Positions 1 to 9,627 of a DNA stretch of 64,000 nucleotides are shown piece by piece. Position numbers and translations under genes: made by a program. The notes beneath the pieces were generated by a model, which made no database searches, was not told where the DNA came from, and worked only from the letters and a program-made list of their open reading frames with translations. How positions within the stretch are numbered: position 1 is the first letter of the stretch; each line of letters starts with the position of its first letter. Source of the stretch: Bryobacteraceae bacterium (GTDB taxonomy: Bacteria; Acidobacteriota; Terriglobia; Bryobacterales; Bryobacteraceae); contig DAISIM010000015.1 in assembly GCA_036821995.1 (NCBI GenBank), forward strand, positions 24,060 through 88,059, given 5' to 3'.

Positions 1-126
1 GGTTGGCTTCCAGAATACGGAACCCCAGGCCTCCATGGAAGATTCCATTTACCGTAAATTACCCTCGAAAATGCGGATACAATGGCAAGGGATCCCAAAC
101 CATCCCACCTGCAAGGAGTGACGTTC

Positions 127-1029
127 ATGGCAAAACTTGGCTTTCTTGGGCTCGGCATCATGGGCTACCCCATGGCGCGCAACCTGTTGAAAAAGGGGCA
201 TGAAGTGGCTGTCTGGTCCTTTACGTCCAGCAAGGCGAAGGCCCTTCAGGCTGAGGCCGGCGCTGTTCCATGTGCCACTCCCCGCGAAGTGGCTGCGGCC
301 TCGGAGGTCATTTTCCTTTGCGTGGGTGACACAGACATGGCCGAAACGGTGATTCTCGGCAAAGACGGTCTCATCGAAGGCGCCTCAGCGGGCAGCACCA
401 TCGTGGATACCTCCACGATTGCCCCGTCGGCGAGTCTTGCCATTGCCGAAGCACTTGCTGCCAAAGGCATTCGCTTTCTCGGTGCTCCCGTCACGGGATC
501 CAAGCCCGGTGCTGAGGGTGGGACTCTCACCTTCATGGTGGGTGGCGACAAAGATGTCTACGAAAGCGTGAAGCCGTATATGGAGGCGATGGGCTCCAAT
601 TTTTACTACTGCGGCCTCCAGGGCGCCGGCTTGCATGCAAAGCTGTCGCAGAACCTCATCCTCTCTAACTTGTTGCAGGCATTCAATGAAGGCATGATTC
701 TCTGCTCCAAGGCGGGTGTCGATCCGGAACTCATGCTCGATATCCTCAACAACAGTGCCGCCCGTAGTGGGTTGGTGGCTTTCAAGGCGCCTTATGTGTT
801 TTCACGGAACTTCGAGACGAATTTTTCCATAAAGTGGATGCACAAAGATGTGGGCCTCATGCTGCAATCGGGCGACGAGCAGGGGGTTCCTCTACCCCTC
901 ACCGGACTCACGCAACAGCTACTAAAGGCAGCGATTGCAGAGGGTTACGGTGATGAGGATATCTGCGCCAGCATCAAGGTGCTGGAGCGCATCGCAGGAG
1001 TGCAAGTGAAAAAATCCGAAAAACCGTAG
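127..1029 (+). CDS. NAD(P)-dependent beta-hydroxyacid dehydrogenase (3-hydroxyisobutyrate / 2-hydroxy-3-oxopropionate reductase family)
   Basis: ORF 82..1029. The Rossmann motif GFLGLGIMGYPMARNL follows the ATG at 127 directly. The family-typical block GAPVTGSKPGAEGGTLTFMVGG is present. Start at 127 is preferred over 82. Confidence 0.8.
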   Translation: MAKLGFLGLGIMGYPMARNLLKKGHEVAVWSFTSSKAKALQAEAGAVPCATPREVAAASEVIFLCVGDTDMAETVILGKDGLIEGASAGSTIVDTSTIAPSASLAIAEALAAKGIRFLGAPVTGSKPGAEGGTLTFMVGGDKDVYESVKPYMEAMGSNFYYCGLQGAGLHAKLSQNLILSNLLQAFNEGMILCSKAGVDPELMLDILNNSAARSGLVAFKAPYVFSRNFETNFSIKWMHKDVGLMLQSGDEQGVPLPLTGLTQQLLKAAIAEGYGDEDICASIKVLERIAGVQVKKSEKP

Positions 1030-1240
1030 ATTTTCTCTTGCGTTTCCAGGAATCATAGGTTAGTCTTAAATCAAGCCAGGGAGGCAACTCCCACCAAAGC
1101 GAGACTAACCTCTAAAGACCCCTGAAGCAACAACCTCCCTGGCACTTTTTTAGAGGTTGCTTCTCACTCCCCTCCCAAGTTTTTGACACTGGTTCGCGCA
1201 CCCGAAACCGCGCGCCATTTCGATGCGTTGTGCTGTAGCC

Positions 1241-1270
1241 GTGACAGAAGCTCCGTTTGCTCCCTATAAT
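1241..1270 (+). promoter_or_regulatory. Possible sigma70-type promoter (GTGACA - 18 nt - TATAAT) for the ffh operon
   Basis: GTGACA at 1241-1246 and a perfect TATAAT at 1265-1270, about 160 nt upstream of the ffh ATG. Sequence match only. Confidence 0.3.
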
Positions 1271-1431
1271 GGTATGAGGCACGCTTGCGGGTTCGTCTCC
1301 GGTTTGTCATGCAACACGGCCGTAATTCCAAAACCCGCTTCACGCCCGGTTCGACCTCGTGATTCAGGTTGCGGTTGCCCCACCGTCGTCGGCCCGCCCG
1401 GCGCAACCCGCTTCGCCACCTAACGGAAGCT

Positions 1432-2802
1432 ATGTTCGAGAGTTTAAGCGATAAGCTGCAGCGCGTCTTCAAGGACCTTCGGGGCCAAGGCAAACTCACG
1501 CCTGAAAATATGGAGACGGCGCTGAAAGAAATCCGCGTGGCCCTGCTGGAAGCGGACGTTAACTTCAAGGTAGTGAAGACCTTCATCGCCAACGTCCGAG
1601 AGAAGGCGATGGGCCAGGACGTACTCACTGCGCTTTCCCCTGCTCAACAAGTGGTGAAGATTGTCCGTGACGAACTCACTGAGATCCTGGGGGCCAAACA
1701 GGCGAAGATTCAGTTCGCACCACAACCCCCTACAGTAATCATGGTGGTGGGCTTGCAAGGTTCCGGCAAGACCACCTCCACGGCGAAGCTGGCGCGGTGG
1801 TTAACCAAGAATGGCCGGGCGCCGCAATTGGTTTCCGTCGACGTCTACCGTCCCGCTGCCCGGGAGCAACTTAAGGTCCTTGCCAAGCAGATTGGCGCTG
1901 CGATTTATGAGGGCGAGCCGGGCATGGACAAGCCGCTCGAACTTGCCACCCGTGCCCGGCGCGAGGCGATGGACCGTGGCCGTGACGTCGTCCTGGTGGA
2001 CACCGCCGGTCGTTTGCATATTGACGAAGCGTTGATGACGGAACTGCAGGAGCTCAAGGACACCCTAAAGCCGACCGAGATTCTATTCGTCGCCGACGCC
2101 ATGACCGGCCAGGATGCCGTCAAGTCCGCGGCCGAGTTTCACCAGCGGCTGGGCATTACCGGTGTCATTTTAACCAAGCTCGATGGCGATGCCCGTGGCG
2201 GTGCCGCGCTCTCCATCAAGCAGGTGACTGACCAACCAGTGAAGTTCCTCGGCATGGGCGAAAAGACCGATGCGCTCGAAGAGTTTCACCCTGACCGCAT
2301 GGCCCAGCGCATCCTTGGGATGGGCGATGTGCTCAGCCTCATTGAGAAGGTGGAAGAGAACCTCGACCAAGCCAAGGCGATGGAGATGCAGGACAAGATT
2401 CTGCACAATGAGTTTTCGCTTGAGGATTTCCGGGATCAGTTGATTCAGGTGCGCAAACTGGGTCCGCTGGAGAATCTGCTGAAGATGATTCCCGGCATGG
2501 GAGATCAGCTCAAGGATGTCAAGGTGGACGAGAAGGAGTTGAATCGCATCGTGGCGATGATCAACTCCATGACCCCCAAGGAACGCGCCAACCACATGAT
2601 TATCAATGGGAGCCGGCGGCGGCGGATCGCTCGCGGCAGCGGCACCAGTGTGCAGGAAGTAAACCAGTTATTGAAGCAGTATGGGCAGGCGCGGAAAATG
2701 ATGCGCAGCCTTAGCAGTGGCATGATGGGTGGCATGGGCGGCAAAATGGCCAAGCGCATGGCGCAGATGAGTCGCATGGGCGGCGGGAAGTTTCCCTTTT
2801 GA
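1432..2802 (+). CDS. ffh: Signal recognition particle protein Ffh
   Basis: Starts MFESLSDKLQRVFKDLRG. GTPase motifs GLQGSGKTT, DTAGR and TKLDG are present, with a Met-rich C-terminal M domain. The ATG at 1432 is preceded by GGAAG. The longer ORF from 1369 looks like an artefactual extension. Confidence 0.95.
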   Translation: MFESLSDKLQRVFKDLRGQGKLTPENMETALKEIRVALLEADVNFKVVKTFIANVREKAMGQDVLTALSPAQQVVKIVRDELTEILGAKQAKIQFAPQPPTVIMVVGLQGSGKTTSTAKLARWLTKNGRAPQLVSVDVYRPAAREQLKVLAKQIGAAIYEGEPGMDKPLELATRARREAMDRGRDVVLVDTAGRLHIDEALMTELQELKDTLKPTEILFVADAMTGQDAVKSAAEFHQRLGITGVILTKLDGDARGGAALSIKQVTDQPVKFLGMGEKTDALEEFHPDRMAQRILGMGDVLSLIEKVEENLDQAKAMEMQDKILHNEFSLEDFRDQLIQVRKLGPLENLLKMIPGMGDQLKDVKVDEKELNRIVAMINSMTPKERANHMIINGSRRRRIARGSGTSVQEVNQLLKQYGQARKMMRSLSSGMMGGMGGKMAKRMAQMSRMGGGKFPF

Positions 2803-2861
2803 TCTGAGGGCCTGCGGATGTCCGCGGCCGAAACCGAGTTTGTGAGGAGATAGACAACAAG

Positions 2862-3119
2862 ATGCTGGCAATTCGACTGGCCCGTTTCGGGAGCAAGAAG
2901 AAGCCCTCCTACCGCGTGGTGGTTTTGGAGAAAACCAACCCTCGCGATGGCCGGGCGGTGGAGATTGTGGGACACTACAACCCCGTGGCGAAACCCACTG
3001 AGTTGAAGCTGAACCGCGAGCGTATTGACTACTGGATGAAGTGCGGCGCGCAGCCCACTGACACGGTAAAGCGCCTGCTGAAGGCGCAGCCGGTAGAAGC
3101 CCCGGTGGTTAGCGCTTAG
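2862..3119 (+). CDS. rpsP: 30S ribosomal protein S16
   Basis: MLAIRLARFGSKKKPSYRVVV is a typical bS16 N-terminus. Position after ffh is conserved. Confidence 0.95.
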   Translation: MLAIRLARFGSKKKPSYRVVVLEKTNPRDGRAVEIVGHYNPVAKPTELKLNRERIDYWMKCGAQPTDTVKRLLKAQPVEAPVVSA

Positions 3120-3190
3120 GCAGACGTGTGAGCGTGTGGGATGTGCCGCGTGGGGCACCTGCCGGCGGCAGTCCCCAGGAAGGGTGAGGC

Positions 3191-3421
3191 ATGCGGGAAC
3201 TGGTTGAAGAAATCGCAAAGGCTCTGGTCGACGACCCTGACAAGGTGGAAGTGAACCAGGTGGATGGCCCACAGGCAACAGTGCTTGAATTGCGGGTGGA
3301 TTCCGCCGATATCGGCAGAATTATCGGCAAGCAGGGCCGCACCGCCCGCTCAATCCGTTCGGTCTTGCACGCTGCTAGTGAGAAGGCCAACCGTCGATAT
3401 TCCCTTGAGATCGTGGAATAG
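3191..3421 (+). CDS. KH-domain RNA-binding protein (YlqC/UPF0109 family)
   Basis: 76 aa with the KH GXXG loop IGRIIGKQGRTARSIRSV. Lies in the conserved slot between rpsP and rimM. Confidence 0.85.
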   Translation: MRELVEEIAKALVDDPDKVEVNQVDGPQATVLELRVDSADIGRIIGKQGRTARSIRSVLHAASEKANRRYSLEIVE

Positions 3422-3533
3422 CGCGCTAAGGCAACGTAACGTGGGGTCTTCAGGTGGCGGGCATGTTGGACAAAACGAATCGAAGCCCCAGGGTGCCGAG
3501 TCTCCAATCACTCGCGGGAACCAGTGGGTTACC

Positions 3534-4076
3534 ATGGCGGTGCTTGGCAAGCCCCGTGGCATCCGGGGGGAGCTCTTCGCGCTGGCGCAGACTAGCCACT
3601 GGGAGCGCTTCCGCGTGGGCAGGGCCTTTCGTGTATGGTTTCCCGTAGAACGAAGGCAACCCGCGCGGGATGTGCAACTGGAGGAAGCCTGGAGCCACAA
3701 TGGCAAACTCATCCTCAAGTTTGCGAATGTGGACTCCATTGACGATGCCGAGGAACTTCGTGGCGGTGAGCTTTGTATTCCCGAAAGCGAACGCGATCCG
3801 TTGCCGGAGGGTGAGTTTTATTTCGACGATCTGAAAGGGATGCCTGTGGTGGATCTGCAAAGCGGAGAGACCCTGGGTACAGTAACCGGATTCACCGAAG
3901 GCATCGGTCCAGGAGTGGTGGATGTGGTTAGCCGGGGTGCCCAGTGTATCGGCAGTCGCGATCCTGAGCACTGGCAGATCCCTTTCGCGAAGGAGATCTG
4001 CGTGGATGTGGATTTGCAGCAACGGCAACTGCGGGTGCGGTTGCCGGAAGGGTTGCGGGATTTGAATCAGCAATGA
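3534..4076 (+). CDS. rimM: 16S rRNA processing protein RimM
   Basis: In-frame part of ORF 3264..4076. GKPRGIRGELF follows the ATG at 3534, with a PRC-barrel-like C-terminus. Its stop overlaps the trmD start (ATGA). Confidence 0.85.
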   Translation: MAVLGKPRGIRGELFALAQTSHWERFRVGRAFRVWFPVERRQPARDVQLEEAWSHNGKLILKFANVDSIDDAEELRGGELCIPESERDPLPEGEFYFDDLKGMPVVDLQSGETLGTVTGFTEGIGPGVVDVVSRGAQCIGSRDPEHWQIPFAKEICVDVDLQQRQLRVRLPEGLRDLNQQ

Positions 4077-4846
4077 AGTTCCATGTGCTGACGATCTTCC
4101 CTGAGTTTTTCCAGGGTCCCTTTGAGCATGGCGTTCTGAAGAAGGCAGCGAATGCAGGCAAGTTGGAATTGCTGGTTCACGATCTGCGAAACTGGACCTA
4201 CGATCGGCATCGCACCGTCGATGATCGGCCCTTTGGCGGTGGCGAAGGCATGTTGCTGAAGCCGCAGCCCTTGTTTGAGGCGGTGGAAGCCATCTGGCCT
4301 CAGCGTGGCAGCGAAATTACGGGTAGCGCGGAAGCGGAATCACAACCGCCACGCCGCAAGGTGGTTTTGCTTTCGGCGCAGGGCCGAAAGTTCAACCAGC
4401 CGATGGCTCGGCAGTTTGCAGCTTGTGATGAGTTATTGCTGATCTGCGGCCGCTATGAGGGTGTAGATGAGCGGGTGGCTCAGTACTTGGCCGACGAGGA
4501 GATCTCGGTAGGCGATTTTGTGTTGAGTGGCGGCGAACTGGCTGCTGCTCTTGTGGTGGACGTGGTGGCGCGTTTGTTACCCGGCGTGCTGGGAAATGAG
4601 GCGTCCAGTGTGCGCGAGTCCTTTGGGGATAGCGCTGATGAAATCGGTTTTCTCGACTGTCCGCAGTATACGCGGCCAGCTGACTTCCGGGGCTGGAAGG
4701 TTCCGGAAGTCTTATTGAGCGGTAACCATGCGGAGATCGCACGGTGGCGCTTTCAAACCGCGCGGGATAAAACGGCACGGATGCGGCCGGACCTTCTCGA
4801 TCAAGCAGGCGTTTCCCGGGTTCTCCCGGTGCGCGAGGAACAATAA
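4073..4846 (+). CDS. trmD: tRNA (guanine37-N1)-methyltransferase TrmD
   Basis: MKFHVLTIFPEFFQGPF N-terminus, then DDRPFGGGEGMLLKP and ICGRYEGVDERV blocks. Synteny rimM-trmD-rplS. Confidence 0.93.
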   Translation: MKFHVLTIFPEFFQGPFEHGVLKKAANAGKLELLVHDLRNWTYDRHRTVDDRPFGGGEGMLLKPQPLFEAVEAIWPQRGSEITGSAEAESQPPRRKVVLLSAQGRKFNQPMARQFAACDELLLICGRYEGVDERVAQYLADEEISVGDFVLSGGELAAALVVDVVARLLPGVLGNEASSVRESFGDSADEIGFLDCPQYTRPADFRGWKVPEVLLSGNHAEIARWRFQTARDKTARMRPDLLDQAGVSRVLPVREEQ

Positions 4847-4905
4847 GTGGTTGGACGTTTGTCGCGGCAAACCTCTCTGGCCATCAGATATGAAAGGCAA
4901 CGCAG

Positions 4906-5274
4906 ATGATTCATCCAGCGATCGAGAAGTTCCAGGCGCGTTTCCAGCGCACTGACCTGCCCGATTTCCGTCCTGGCGACACCATCAAGGTGCACGTCAA
5001 GATCCGGGAAGGCGAAAAAGAGCGTATTCAGATCTTTGAAGGCACAGTCATTGCGCGCAACCGCAGCGGCGTCAGCGAAACCATCACCGTCCGCAAGATT
5101 AGCTTTGGCCACGGCGTTGAGCGCATCTTCCCCATCCATGCCCCGGTGATTGACAAAATTGAGTTCATCCGCACCGGTAAGGTACGCCGCGCGAAGCTCT
5201 ACTATTTACGCAAGCTGCGTGGCAAGGCTGCCCGGCTGCGTGAGCGCGATTCGGTGGCGCGCCGCTCCTCCTAA
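4906..5274 (+). CDS. rplS: 50S ribosomal protein L19
   Basis: [36 protein letters not shown] is the canonical bL19 core. Confidence 0.95.
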   Translation: MIHPAIEKFQARFQRTDLPDFRPGDTIKVHVKIREGEKERIQIFEGTVIARNRSGVSETITVRKISFGHGVERIFPIHAPVIDKIEFIRTGKVRRAKLYYLRKLRGKAARLRERDSVARRSS

Positions 5275-5286
5275 GGCGGCCGATTC

Positions 5287-6027
5287 TTGCCGCGAAGTAA
5301 GGCAACCAGAACAGGCTCCGGTGGCGCACTCCTCGTGCCCGCCGGAGCCCTTCGCATTCATCCCTCCTGGGAGCAGGACGCTCGAGCCCAAGGTTACTCC
5401 CGCATTGCCGGCGTAGACGAAGCCGGACGTGGCTGCCTGTTTGGCCCCGTCGTAGCTGCTGCGGTCATTCTGCGAGATCCTCACGGGCTCCGTGGTGTCA
5501 ACGACAGCAAACAGCTCACCGCTGATCAGCGCGAGGCAGCCTTTCAGCAGATCACTTCCCGTGCAGTCTGTTGGGCGACCGCAGCGGTTGATGCCGCAAC
5601 CATTGATCGCATCAATATTCTTGAGGCCTCCCGGCTGGCCATGCGACTTGCCGTGCAAGCGCTGTCTGAGGCGGCTGACTTCCTGCTCATCGACGCCATT
5701 CGTATCGCCGTTCCAATCCCCCAACTGGCCATCATTCACGGCGATGCGCTCTGCCGTTCCATTGCCGCCGCATCGATCCTCGCCAAGGTGACCCGGGACC
5801 GGAGTATGCGAGAATGGGAACGGATTTATCCGGGTTACGGGCTGGCAAGCAACAAGGGCTACGGCGCTTCGGTGCATTTGGCGGGCCTACGTGCCTTGGG
5901 GGCTACCCCTCAGCATCGTTTCTCTTTCCGTCCGGTCCGTGAGGCCTGTGCGGCCTTGCCCATCCTGGGCTGGGGGAATGCGGCGCTGGGCTCTGCCAGG
6001 GCGATGTCCCAATTGGATCTGTTCTAA
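5287..6027 (+). CDS. rnhB: Ribonuclease HII
   Basis: IAGVDEAGRGCLFGPVVAAAV and DSKQLT motifs. Uses a non-ATG start (TTG at 5287), so the exact start is uncertain. Confidence 0.9.
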   Translation: MPRSKATRTGSGGALLVPAGALRIHPSWEQDARAQGYSRIAGVDEAGRGCLFGPVVAAAVILRDPHGLRGVNDSKQLTADQREAAFQQITSRAVCWATAAVDAATIDRINILEASRLAMRLAVQALSEAADFLLIDAIRIAVPIPQLAIIHGDALCRSIAAASILAKVTRDRSMREWERIYPGYGLASNKGYGASVHLAGLRALGATPQHRFSFRPVREACAALPILGWGNAALGSARAMSQLDLF

Positions 6028-6036
6028 CTGCTGCCA

Positions 6037-6438
6037 ATGGCCACGGACAACCAGCACCTATCGCATGGAAACGCTCCGGAATCCGCTCCGCCTCCTTCCG
6101 GTCCGCCTGCGGTGGCTGGTCCCGTCCACGTCCCCAATTCCCAAAATGGGACTCCTCGAAAATCCACTCCCATGACTTGGGGCCGCCGCGTCGAAAAAAT
6201 CATCCTCACTCTCTTCTGCCTGCAAGTTGGTGCCTTTCTGCTGGTCTTCCCCTGGATGCCCTATTGGGCTGACAATTATTTCTTCGGCTTTCTGGGGTCC
6301 TGGCGATCTCTGGTGCTTAGCCCCTATTTTCGCGGTGCTGTTAGCGGTCTAGGTGCGTTGAACCTATATCTGGCCATTGTCGAGTCAATCGCTCTCGTCG
6401 GGTCCTTTTTGGATGAGCCAGCCCGCCGCACGGATTAA
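6037..6438 (+). CDS. Hypothetical small membrane protein (Pro-rich N-terminus, 2-3 predicted TM segments)
   Basis: 133-aa ORF with an ATG start. Hydrophobic stretches IILTLFCLQVGAFLLVFPW and LGALNLYLAIVESIALVG. Tightly spaced between rnhB and lepB. No recognisable family. Confidence 0.5.
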   Translation: MATDNQHLSHGNAPESAPPPSGPPAVAGPVHVPNSQNGTPRKSTPMTWGRRVEKIILTLFCLQVGAFLLVFPWMPYWADNYFFGFLGSWRSLVLSPYFRGAVSGLGALNLYLAIVESIALVGSFLDEPARRTD

Positions 6439-6456
6439 CTGCCATGGATTAAGCGT

Positions 6457-7365
6457 ATGAGTACGGACCACGAATCCCTCATCCCGGCTGGCGAGACCGC
6501 CAACCCCCTTCCGCAGGAGGACTCCGCGCCCATCCTGGACAGCGCCCCCGATTCCTCCGCTTCCCATTCATCGGAAGCGTCGCCCTCCACGCCGTCCCTG
6601 GCCGCTGTCAGCCCCACTTCGGCCTCTCCCGCCAGCGATGATGAGCGCCATCCCATCGGTGAGTGGGCCATCACGGTCCTCCTGCTCCTATTTGGAATCA
6701 CCTTCCTCGTGCAGGCCTTCGTCATTCCCACTGGGTCAATGGAAGATACACTGCTGATTGGCGATCACCTTTTGGTGGACAAACTCACCTTCGCTCCCGC
6801 CGGGAAGGCTGCCTCCCTGTTCTTGCCCTATTCACCAGTCAAACGTGGAGACATTGTTGTCTTTCGCTATCCCGAGGACCCGTCGCAGACTTTCGTCAAG
6901 CGTGTCATTGGCGAACCCGGTGACCGAATCCGCTTCGGTGAGCAGCAACTGTACCTCAACGGCAAGGCGGTCACTGAGGGCTACGTGCGCCACAAGTCCG
7001 GTTACATTGACCCTTACCGTGACAATTTTCCGTCGCTGCCCAATATCTCCCTGTCTGAGGCAGCCACCATCATGCTGGAACAGAATGTGGAGAACGGCGA
7101 GTTGCTAGTGCCCGATGGCCATTACTTCGTGATGGGCGACAATCGCGACAACAGCTCCGATAGCCGCTATTGGGGTTTTGTTCCACGACGCCTGGTGGTG
7201 GGTAAGCCCTTGGTAATCTATTGGAGCTTTGACGCGCCTACGGAACGTTGGACGAATGGTTCCTTGCTAAACCTGAACCATGCCCGCTACCTCTTCGGAA
7301 GCTTCTTCTCCAAGACCCGCTGGCAGCGCTCGTTTCGGCTTGTTCGCGGGGAGCGGGTAGAATAG
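6457..7365 (+). CDS. lepB: Signal peptidase I
   Basis: Catalytic boxes PTGSMEDTLLIGD (Ser), KRVIGEPGD (Lys) and GDNRDNSSDSRYWGFVP. Preceded by a Ser/Pro-rich extension of about 70 aa. Confidence 0.9.
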   Translation: MSTDHESLIPAGETANPLPQEDSAPILDSAPDSSASHSSEASPSTPSLAAVSPTSASPASDDERHPIGEWAITVLLLLFGITFLVQAFVIPTGSMEDTLLIGDHLLVDKLTFAPAGKAASLFLPYSPVKRGDIVVFRYPEDPSQTFVKRVIGEPGDRIRFGEQQLYLNGKAVTEGYVRHKSGYIDPYRDNFPSLPNISLSEAATIMLEQNVENGELLVPDGHYFVMGDNRDNSSDSRYWGFVPRRLVVGKPLVIYWSFDAPTERWTNGSLLNLNHARYLFGSFFSKTRWQRSFRLVRGERVE

Positions 7366-7401
7366 GTTTTTTGCACACAACGGAAGGAAGTTGCGCTCCT
7401 C

Positions 7402-8481
7402 ATGAAGTCGTCCCATCTCTACGCATTGATCATGGCTGGCGGTCGCGGCACCCGGTTCTGGCCGCGCAGCAGGAAAGCGCATCCCAAGCAGGTGCTTCCT
7501 ATTGCTGGCGAGCAGAGCCTGGTGCAACAAACGGTTGATCGCGTGGCGCGCATCACCACGCCGGAACGCATCTTCATCATTACCAGCGAATCGTTACGTG
7601 CTGAGGTCGTGCGCCAGTTGCCGCAGGTTCCCAAGGAACAAATTATCGCGGAGCCGCTTCCCCGGAACACGGCTCCCTGTATCGGCTTGGGAGCGCAGCT
7701 GATCCGCCAGCGCGACCCCGAGGCCGTGATGGGAGTCTTCCCCGCGGATCACGCCGTGGGAAACGCTACGAAGTTCCTCAGCACTGTTCGCCGCGCTTAC
7801 AAGGCCGCTTCCGCCAACCAATTGGTGGTGGTGGGAATTCCCCCGCGCTGGGCTGAGACCGGCTACGGCTACCTGGAGTTTCCGCGTCGCGGCGCCAATG
7901 TTGCCGCTGGCGCAATGCCCATCAGTAGCTTTCGCGAAAAGCCTGATGCCGCTACTGCCCAGATGTATGTCCAAGCCGGCAACTACTTTTGGAACAGCGG
8001 CATGTTCTTCTGGAAGGCAGAAGTTTTCCTGGATGCCCTGAACTTGCATCTGCCCTCCACCGCGCTTCAGCTTGAATCCATTTCACCGCTTGGCAGCAAG
8101 CGCTTTGACAGGGATCTCGCGGAGTACTTCCCTCTTTGCGAAAACATCTCTGTCGACTATGGTGTGATGGAAAAGTCAGAGAACGTAGCCGGCGTCGTGG
8201 CTGACGACTTTGGATGGAGTGACGTCGGCAGTTGGCAGGCTGTCTACGAACTCACTGACAAAGATAAGCTGGGCAACGCAGTCCGTGCCGGCCGCCTTTT
8301 AAGCATCGACTCCAAGGGCAACTACGTCGACGGCGCCAAGACCATCGCGTTGGTGGGCGTGGAGGATCTGGTGGTAGTGGATACTCCGGATGCCCTACTG
8401 GTGGTGCGTCGCAGTCTGGCCCATCGGGTAGGCGACTTGGTGAAGCACATTGAGAATCTGGGGCACGACGAACTGCTGTAG
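7402..8481 (+). CDS. Mannose-1-phosphate guanylyltransferase
   Basis: N-terminal LIMAGGRGTRFWPRSR nucleotidyltransferase loop. The YGYLE, FREKPD, WNSGMFFW and DFGWSDVGSW blocks are typical of ManC/CpsB. Confidence 0.85.
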   Translation: MKSSHLYALIMAGGRGTRFWPRSRKAHPKQVLPIAGEQSLVQQTVDRVARITTPERIFIITSESLRAEVVRQLPQVPKEQIIAEPLPRNTAPCIGLGAQLIRQRDPEAVMGVFPADHAVGNATKFLSTVRRAYKAASANQLVVVGIPPRWAETGYGYLEFPRRGANVAAGAMPISSFREKPDAATAQMYVQAGNYFWNSGMFFWKAEVFLDALNLHLPSTALQLESISPLGSKRFDRDLAEYFPLCENISVDYGVMEKSENVAGVVADDFGWSDVGSWQAVYELTDKDKLGNAVRAGRLLSIDSKGNYVDGAKTIALVGVEDLVVVDTPDALLVVRRSLAHRVGDLVKHIENLGHDELL

Positions 8482-8631
8482 CGCCTGCACTGCAATCTTG
8501 GGGACGCCCAATCCGTGGCGTAGACGCTGTTGGCAAGCCGCAGTGGTGTTCTCTCCGCCGTTCATGTGGCCCATTTCAGAAAGGCATCCTGGCAAGGGCG
8601 GAAGTCGTCCAACTAACAGGCCCATCCACTC

Positions 8632-9600
8632 ATGGAACACGCGCGTTTTCGAAAGTTCGCCTGGTTCTTCGTCGCCTATCTGGTGCTGGTGATCCTGTTC
8701 GGTGCCTGGGTTCGCATCGCAGGCGCCGGTGCGGGCTGTGGGAATCACTGGCCCACATGTCACGGGGACATCATCCCGCAAGCCCCAGAGACGAAGACCC
8801 TCATTGAGTTCACCCACCGCGTCACCAGTGGCCTCTGCGGCATCTTCGCGCTCGTTCTGGTGGGTTGGGCACGTCGCGTCAGCCCACGCGTGTTCTGGGC
8901 TTCAGTGGCAACGCTTTTCCTGGTCCTGGTGGAAGGCTTCATCGGCGCGGTTCTGGTGAAGAAGGAGTTGGTGGCCGGGGATGCTTCCTTGTCCCGTGCC
9001 ATTGTCATCTCCCTCCACCTGGTCAACACGATGGCACTGATGGCCGCTGCCACCAGCGCGGCGTGGTGGACGGGGCGTCCGGCTGACCTCCGTTCCCCCA
9101 TCACCGTCAGCCGGGCGGTATTGGTGGCCCTGATGGTCGTGCTGGTGCTCACGAACAGCACTGGCGCGGTAACCGCTCTCGGTGATACCCTCTTTCCCAA
9201 ACAGCCCGCGCTGGATGGCGGATTGATTGCCCAGGTGCGTGAGGATCTCAGCGTGGGCCAGCACTTTCTTGTGCGTTTGCGTATCCTCCATCCCATTGTC
9301 GCGGTGTTCTCGACGATGGTGGTTCTGGGTGTCGCCATCGGGCTGCAGCGACAGAAACATACCCGCGGCAGCAGTGCCTTCCGGCTGTTGCGGTTTGTGC
9401 AGCACGCGATTCTCACTCAATTGGCTCTTGGCGTGCTAAATGTGTTGCTGGCCGCTCCTGGATGGATGCAGGTGCTTCATCTCTTGATGGCGCAGTGCGT
9501 CTGGGTATTCGTCTGGCTGGTGATGCTGGAAACCTGGCCGCGCGCGGCTACTGAAGTAAGTGCCCACCGCATCGCAAACCGCGTGGAAGGTCATGCCTGA
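8632..9600 (+). CDS. COX15/CtaA-family heme A synthase
   Basis: Polytopic membrane protein with GAGAGCGNHWPTCHG and FTHRVTSG motifs characteristic of CtaA/COX15. Confidence 0.75.
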   Translation: MEHARFRKFAWFFVAYLVLVILFGAWVRIAGAGAGCGNHWPTCHGDIIPQAPETKTLIEFTHRVTSGLCGIFALVLVGWARRVSPRVFWASVATLFLVLVEGFIGAVLVKKELVAGDASLSRAIVISLHLVNTMALMAAATSAAWWTGRPADLRSPITVSRAVLVALMVVLVLTNSTGAVTALGDTLFPKQPALDGGLIAQVREDLSVGQHFLVRLRILHPIVAVFSTMVVLGVAIGLQRQKHTRGSSAFRLLRFVQHAILTQLALGVLNVLLAAPGWMQVLHLLMAQCVWVFVWLVMLETWPRAATEVSAHRIANRVEGHA

Positions 9601-9627
9601 TTCTCTTCGTCCAAGGAATATCCACCC

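Noticed and set aside
1030-1431. SRP RNA (ffs), tRNA or another known RNA gene in the gap upstream of ffh
   Set aside because: There is no SRP domain IV motif (GGAAGCAGCC-type) on either strand. There is no tRNA T-arm/acceptor pattern; the GGTTCGAC at about 1348 has no complementary stem. Only generic hairpins are present, and these are reported as a low-interest finding.
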